Positions 60,404-64,000 of a stretch of DNA of 64,000 nt are shown here, piece after piece. Source of the stretch: Selaginella moellendorffii (lineage: Eukaryota > Plantae > Lycopodiophyta); contig NW_003314262.1 in the NCBI RefSeq assembly GCF_000143415.4, positions 596,078 to 660,077 of the forward strand. The letters are read 5' to 3'. Every line of letters begins with the position of its first letter. The stretch's first letter is position 1. Made by a program: the position numbers and the translations under genes. Below the pieces are notes generated by a model that worked only from the letters and a program-made list of their open reading frames with translations, was not told the DNA's origin and ran no database searches.

Positions 60404-63400
60404 TGTGAGTGCATGGAATATGGAAAGGGAATAGAGCAATGTGCATCTCAATTAGCCCAAAAACCCTAGCTTATATACAGGAGCGAGTGGTCCGGATTGA
60501 AACCAATCCGACGGCTACCAAAATCCACTACGCTAATATTAGTATACGGCATCGTAGCCGTACACTTGGCCCTCACATCATCCCCTCCTCTTGGAATAAT
60601 GGAAGGCCGTCAGGGTTCTCTTGTAGATGGGCCGAGATCTGGAGGAACATCAGGAGGAGGCATCGGTGGATCTGTAGACGGTATTAACTGCTCTTGATCC
60701 CTTTGTATGAAGCGTTTTAACCGCTGCACATGCACAATCTCCGGAGGATCGGCTTGGTGAACATCATGCCGAACCTCATAAACTTGTGGTCCAACTTGCC
60801 GCAACACCTGATACGGTCCTTTCCACTGCGCAAGGAGCCCCTTAGATAAACCACGTACCGTAAGATGGGGAAAACGGACTAACACCAAATCATCCACTTT
60901 GTACTCCACTGGTGGACGATGATGGGAATTGTAATGCCGTTGTTGTCCCACTTGTATGCGGCCTAAGTGTTCAGCAGACTCTGCTCGGACAAGTGGAAGA
61001 ATGCTTGTCAAATATTGATCCCATGACCTAGCATCAGGGGCTCGTGGCAATCGCGAAGGTAAACCCAGCTCTGTTGGTAATATTGGATCATGACCATATA
61101 GAAGTTTATATGGTGAAGCACCAACAGAACTCTGCACCCCTGTGACATAAGCATACCGAAGAGACAGCAAATAACCATCCCAATCCGAATGTTGAAAGTT
61201 CATATACTTCGCAATCATCCCTTTGAATGTCCGAACGAGCCATTCCACCAGACCATCTGATTGTCGATGATAAGCACTCGTAAAAGTGTGGCGTATCCCC
61301 AACCGAGATGTCAAAACATGAAATACCTCAGCCATAAATGCAGGACCATTATCCGAAAGAATCCGTTCTGGACAAGAATGCTGGAACACCACTCGATTGA
61401 GGAGGAAGTATCCAACAGCAGTTGCAGAGGCACTAGCAAGAGTACCAACTTCCACCCAACGAGTCAAGTAGTCAGAAGTAATAATAACATACTCATTGCC
61501 AGCAGTCGATTGCGGAAAAGGTCCCATAAGATCAAACGCCACCAACTCAAACGGACGAGAAACTACAATTGACTCCAACCGTCCTTCCGCAGCACAAGGG
61601 GGAGTATTACGAGCTTGGCACCAAACGCAGCTACGCACATACCGGAGAATATCACGTCACATCTCTGGCCAATAGAAAGATCTGCGCAGCTTCTCGGTGA
61701 CACGACGGTGTCCCATATGCCCACCTAGAATAGGAGAATCATGGTAGGCATGGAGAAACCGCGGAATAAACACCGAAGGCACCACCAGCCGTAAATGAGC
61801 ATCAAGATCCGTCCCTACAAAATAAAGAAGGCCATCTTCAAGGCGATATTGAGAATGTAAATGCCGAAAAGGCAAGTCATCAGCAAGTGATGCAGGATTC
61901 TCAAACCCATCTCGAAGCCTTCGAATCCACGGCTCAATCTTTTGAGCCTCGCGAACCTCATCCAGAGAAGGTAGATCTTGCTCTACGCCCTGTGGACACT
62001 GAACGTCAAGGACAGCAACTGCCGACGGCATAGAATCTTCATCTAGAAAATCCACAGATGCTAGAACAACAGGTTCGTCAGAAACATGAGAAGTGAGTGG
62101 AGAAGGAAGAGGAGCTCGAGAGAGGGCATCAGCATCAGCCATAGAACTCCCTGGGCGATGAACAACATCGAAATCATATATCTGAAGCTTCAAAGCCCAT
62201 CGAGCCGTACGACCAACCAGGTTCTTCCACTTCAATAATGAAGTAACAGCAGCATGGTCACCTTCAAGTAACGTCCGAGAACCATGTAGATAGGCATGAA
62301 GTTTCTCGAAACCCCAGACCGCTGCTAAACACTCCTTCTCCGTCGTGGAGTAGTTTATCTCCACTGGTTGAATTTACGGCTTATGTATGCAATGGGATGG
62401 CGCTGACCAGGCACACTCGAGCTCTCTTGCATCAACACACCTCCAAGACCAATGTCAGAAGCATCCACGCGCAAAATAAAAGGTCGAGTGTAGTCAGGAT
62501 ATGCCAAAATCGGAGGAGTCGTCAATAGCTCTTTGAGATTCACGAACGCCCGCTCACAATCGGGAGACCAGATGAAAGATGACGTTGATGACTTCAGCAA
62601 CGCTCGCAATGGTATAGTGCGATCGGAAAGATGATCCACAAAACGACCGAGATACTGCACCTTACCCAAAAAGTGCTGCACATCATTCACACACTTCGGA
62701 GTAGGGAACTTTAGAACAGCCACAAGTTTGTCAGGATCAACTTGCAAACCCTCACGAGAAATACGGTACCCAAGATAAGTTGTGTCCTTGGACCCAAACA
62801 CGCACTTCGACCGCTTCAGCTTTAAACCAACGTCGCATAGCCGATCCAACACTTTACAAACATCACGAACATGCTCCTCCCACGTCCCCTCCGAGTGGAT
62901 CAAGACATCATCAATGAAGTCAGCCGTCACCTCCGGCATATCGCAAAGAACCTCGTCCATCATCCGCTGAAAAGTTGCTGGAGCATTGTTCAAACCAAAC
63001 GGCATCACCAAAAACTCGTACAAACCAAATGGTGTACGAAAAGCAGTCTTAGGAATATCATCTTCAGCCATCGGTACTTGCCAATACCCAGAAGCAAGAT
63101 CTAGCTTGGTGAACCAACGACTTCGCCCCAGACGATCCAAGAGATCAGCAGTGTGAGGAAGAGGGTACATGTCCGGGATTGTCACTTCATTTAACGGACG
63201 ATAGTCGATGCAGAAACGAATACTCCCATCAGGCTTCGTCACAAGATGAGGTTCACATGCCCAAGGACTCCGCGACTTCCGAATAACACCCTTCTCCAAC
63301 ATCTCCTTGATGTTTGCACGTAAAATCTTGATCTCCTTGGGTGACCGACGACGAACAGGAACCTTGATTGGACGAGCATCCCCGGTTGGAATGGGATGAT

Positions 63401-64000
63401 GTGTGGCAATCTTGGCCCCAGACGATAGGTCAAATTCAAAGAGATCAGAATACTCCTTCATAAGCTGGTCAACAGCTACAACACAAAGATCATCGAAGGG
63501 ATCGGAAAAGGGAAGAGCAGAACAAGATGGAAACACAAGAGGAAATAATGGGGGAACAAAAGTAATGGAAGCAGAGGTAAAAGTAGAGGGACGAAGAGGT
63601 ACGGAAGTGAGAGGAATGGATGAAACATAAGGAAGTATGAGACAAGGGAGAAAAGCCTCAAAGTCACACTTGGCATGATTGTGCTGCAACCAATCCATAC
63701 CAAGAATGAGGTCAAAAGATTGACTCGGCACCACCCGCAATGACTGCAACTCAAGCTCGAGATCGCCCACACGCACAACCAGGTCCGCCTCATCTCGTGC
63801 ACATGCATGTGTATGGCCGTTGCCATAAAGAATGAAAACTGGATCTGCCGCACGACGCAAGTGTAGACGACAACGTGTGGCAACAGGTCGAGCAATAGAA
63901 GATAAACTCGAACCTGTATCAACCAACATGGAGAGAAGAATAGGAGACCTCTTGTTATAAAAACGAGCTTGGAAAGTAAACACTGGATGAACCGGTGCCG
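60404..64000 (-). mobile_element. Ty3/gypsy LTR retrotransposon (non-chromoviral), 3' part; pol disrupted
   Basis: PR LVDTGS, RT (KLDLASGYWQ, MPFGL, FIDD), RNase H (DASD, YSTTEKECLA), integrase (HH-CC, DLMGP, LSDNG, GPY). PPT AAGAGGAGGGGA at 60581-60592; 3' LTR ~60404-60580. Frameshift at ~62360, in-frame TGA at 61657. Confidence 0.95.

Noticed and set aside
61657-62364. Programmed readthrough or frameshift in gypsy pol
   Set aside because: The TGA is most simply CGA>TGA deamination, and the shift falls within RNase H without a slippery site; treated as disabling mutations

Overview
Eukaryotic land-plant nuclear DNA. The compact genes, ~50-60 nt introns and a centriolar SAS-6 gene point to a plant with flagellated sperm, and the style is most like the lycophyte Selaginella (inference). 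Intact genes: a CRCK-like receptor kinase, plastid DnaJ, PNPase, GDSL lipase, PhoD-like phosphatase, EMB1703-like, a PWWP protein, SAS-6, MED30, NAT10/KRE33, a FAM133-like protein, a GH17+X8 glucanase and HIR. Two NLR pseudogenes and several mobile elements lie among them. (i) A Ty1/copia element (21893-24965, TSD TTGAC) has its integrase/RT core replaced by an inverted PBS-gag-PPT copy, giving a ~0.9-kb hairpin. (ii) A very recent 7.7-kb non-coding LARD-like LTR element (49363-57088, TSD TTATG) has 11/12-bp tandem arrays in both LTRs and a dense run of stem-loops, including two tRNA T-arm/B-box motifs. (iii) A disabled Ty3/gypsy element at the right end has a heavily AT-eroded relic at 13.1-16.7 kb, which itself carries a MITE. 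(iv) A Harbinger transposase relic shows a 24-bp microinversion. A local PhoD/EMB1703/NLR block has been duplicated, both in tandem and inverted, with reciprocal gene loss. All calls come from reading the sequence by eye; exon boundaries and family names were not checked against databases.
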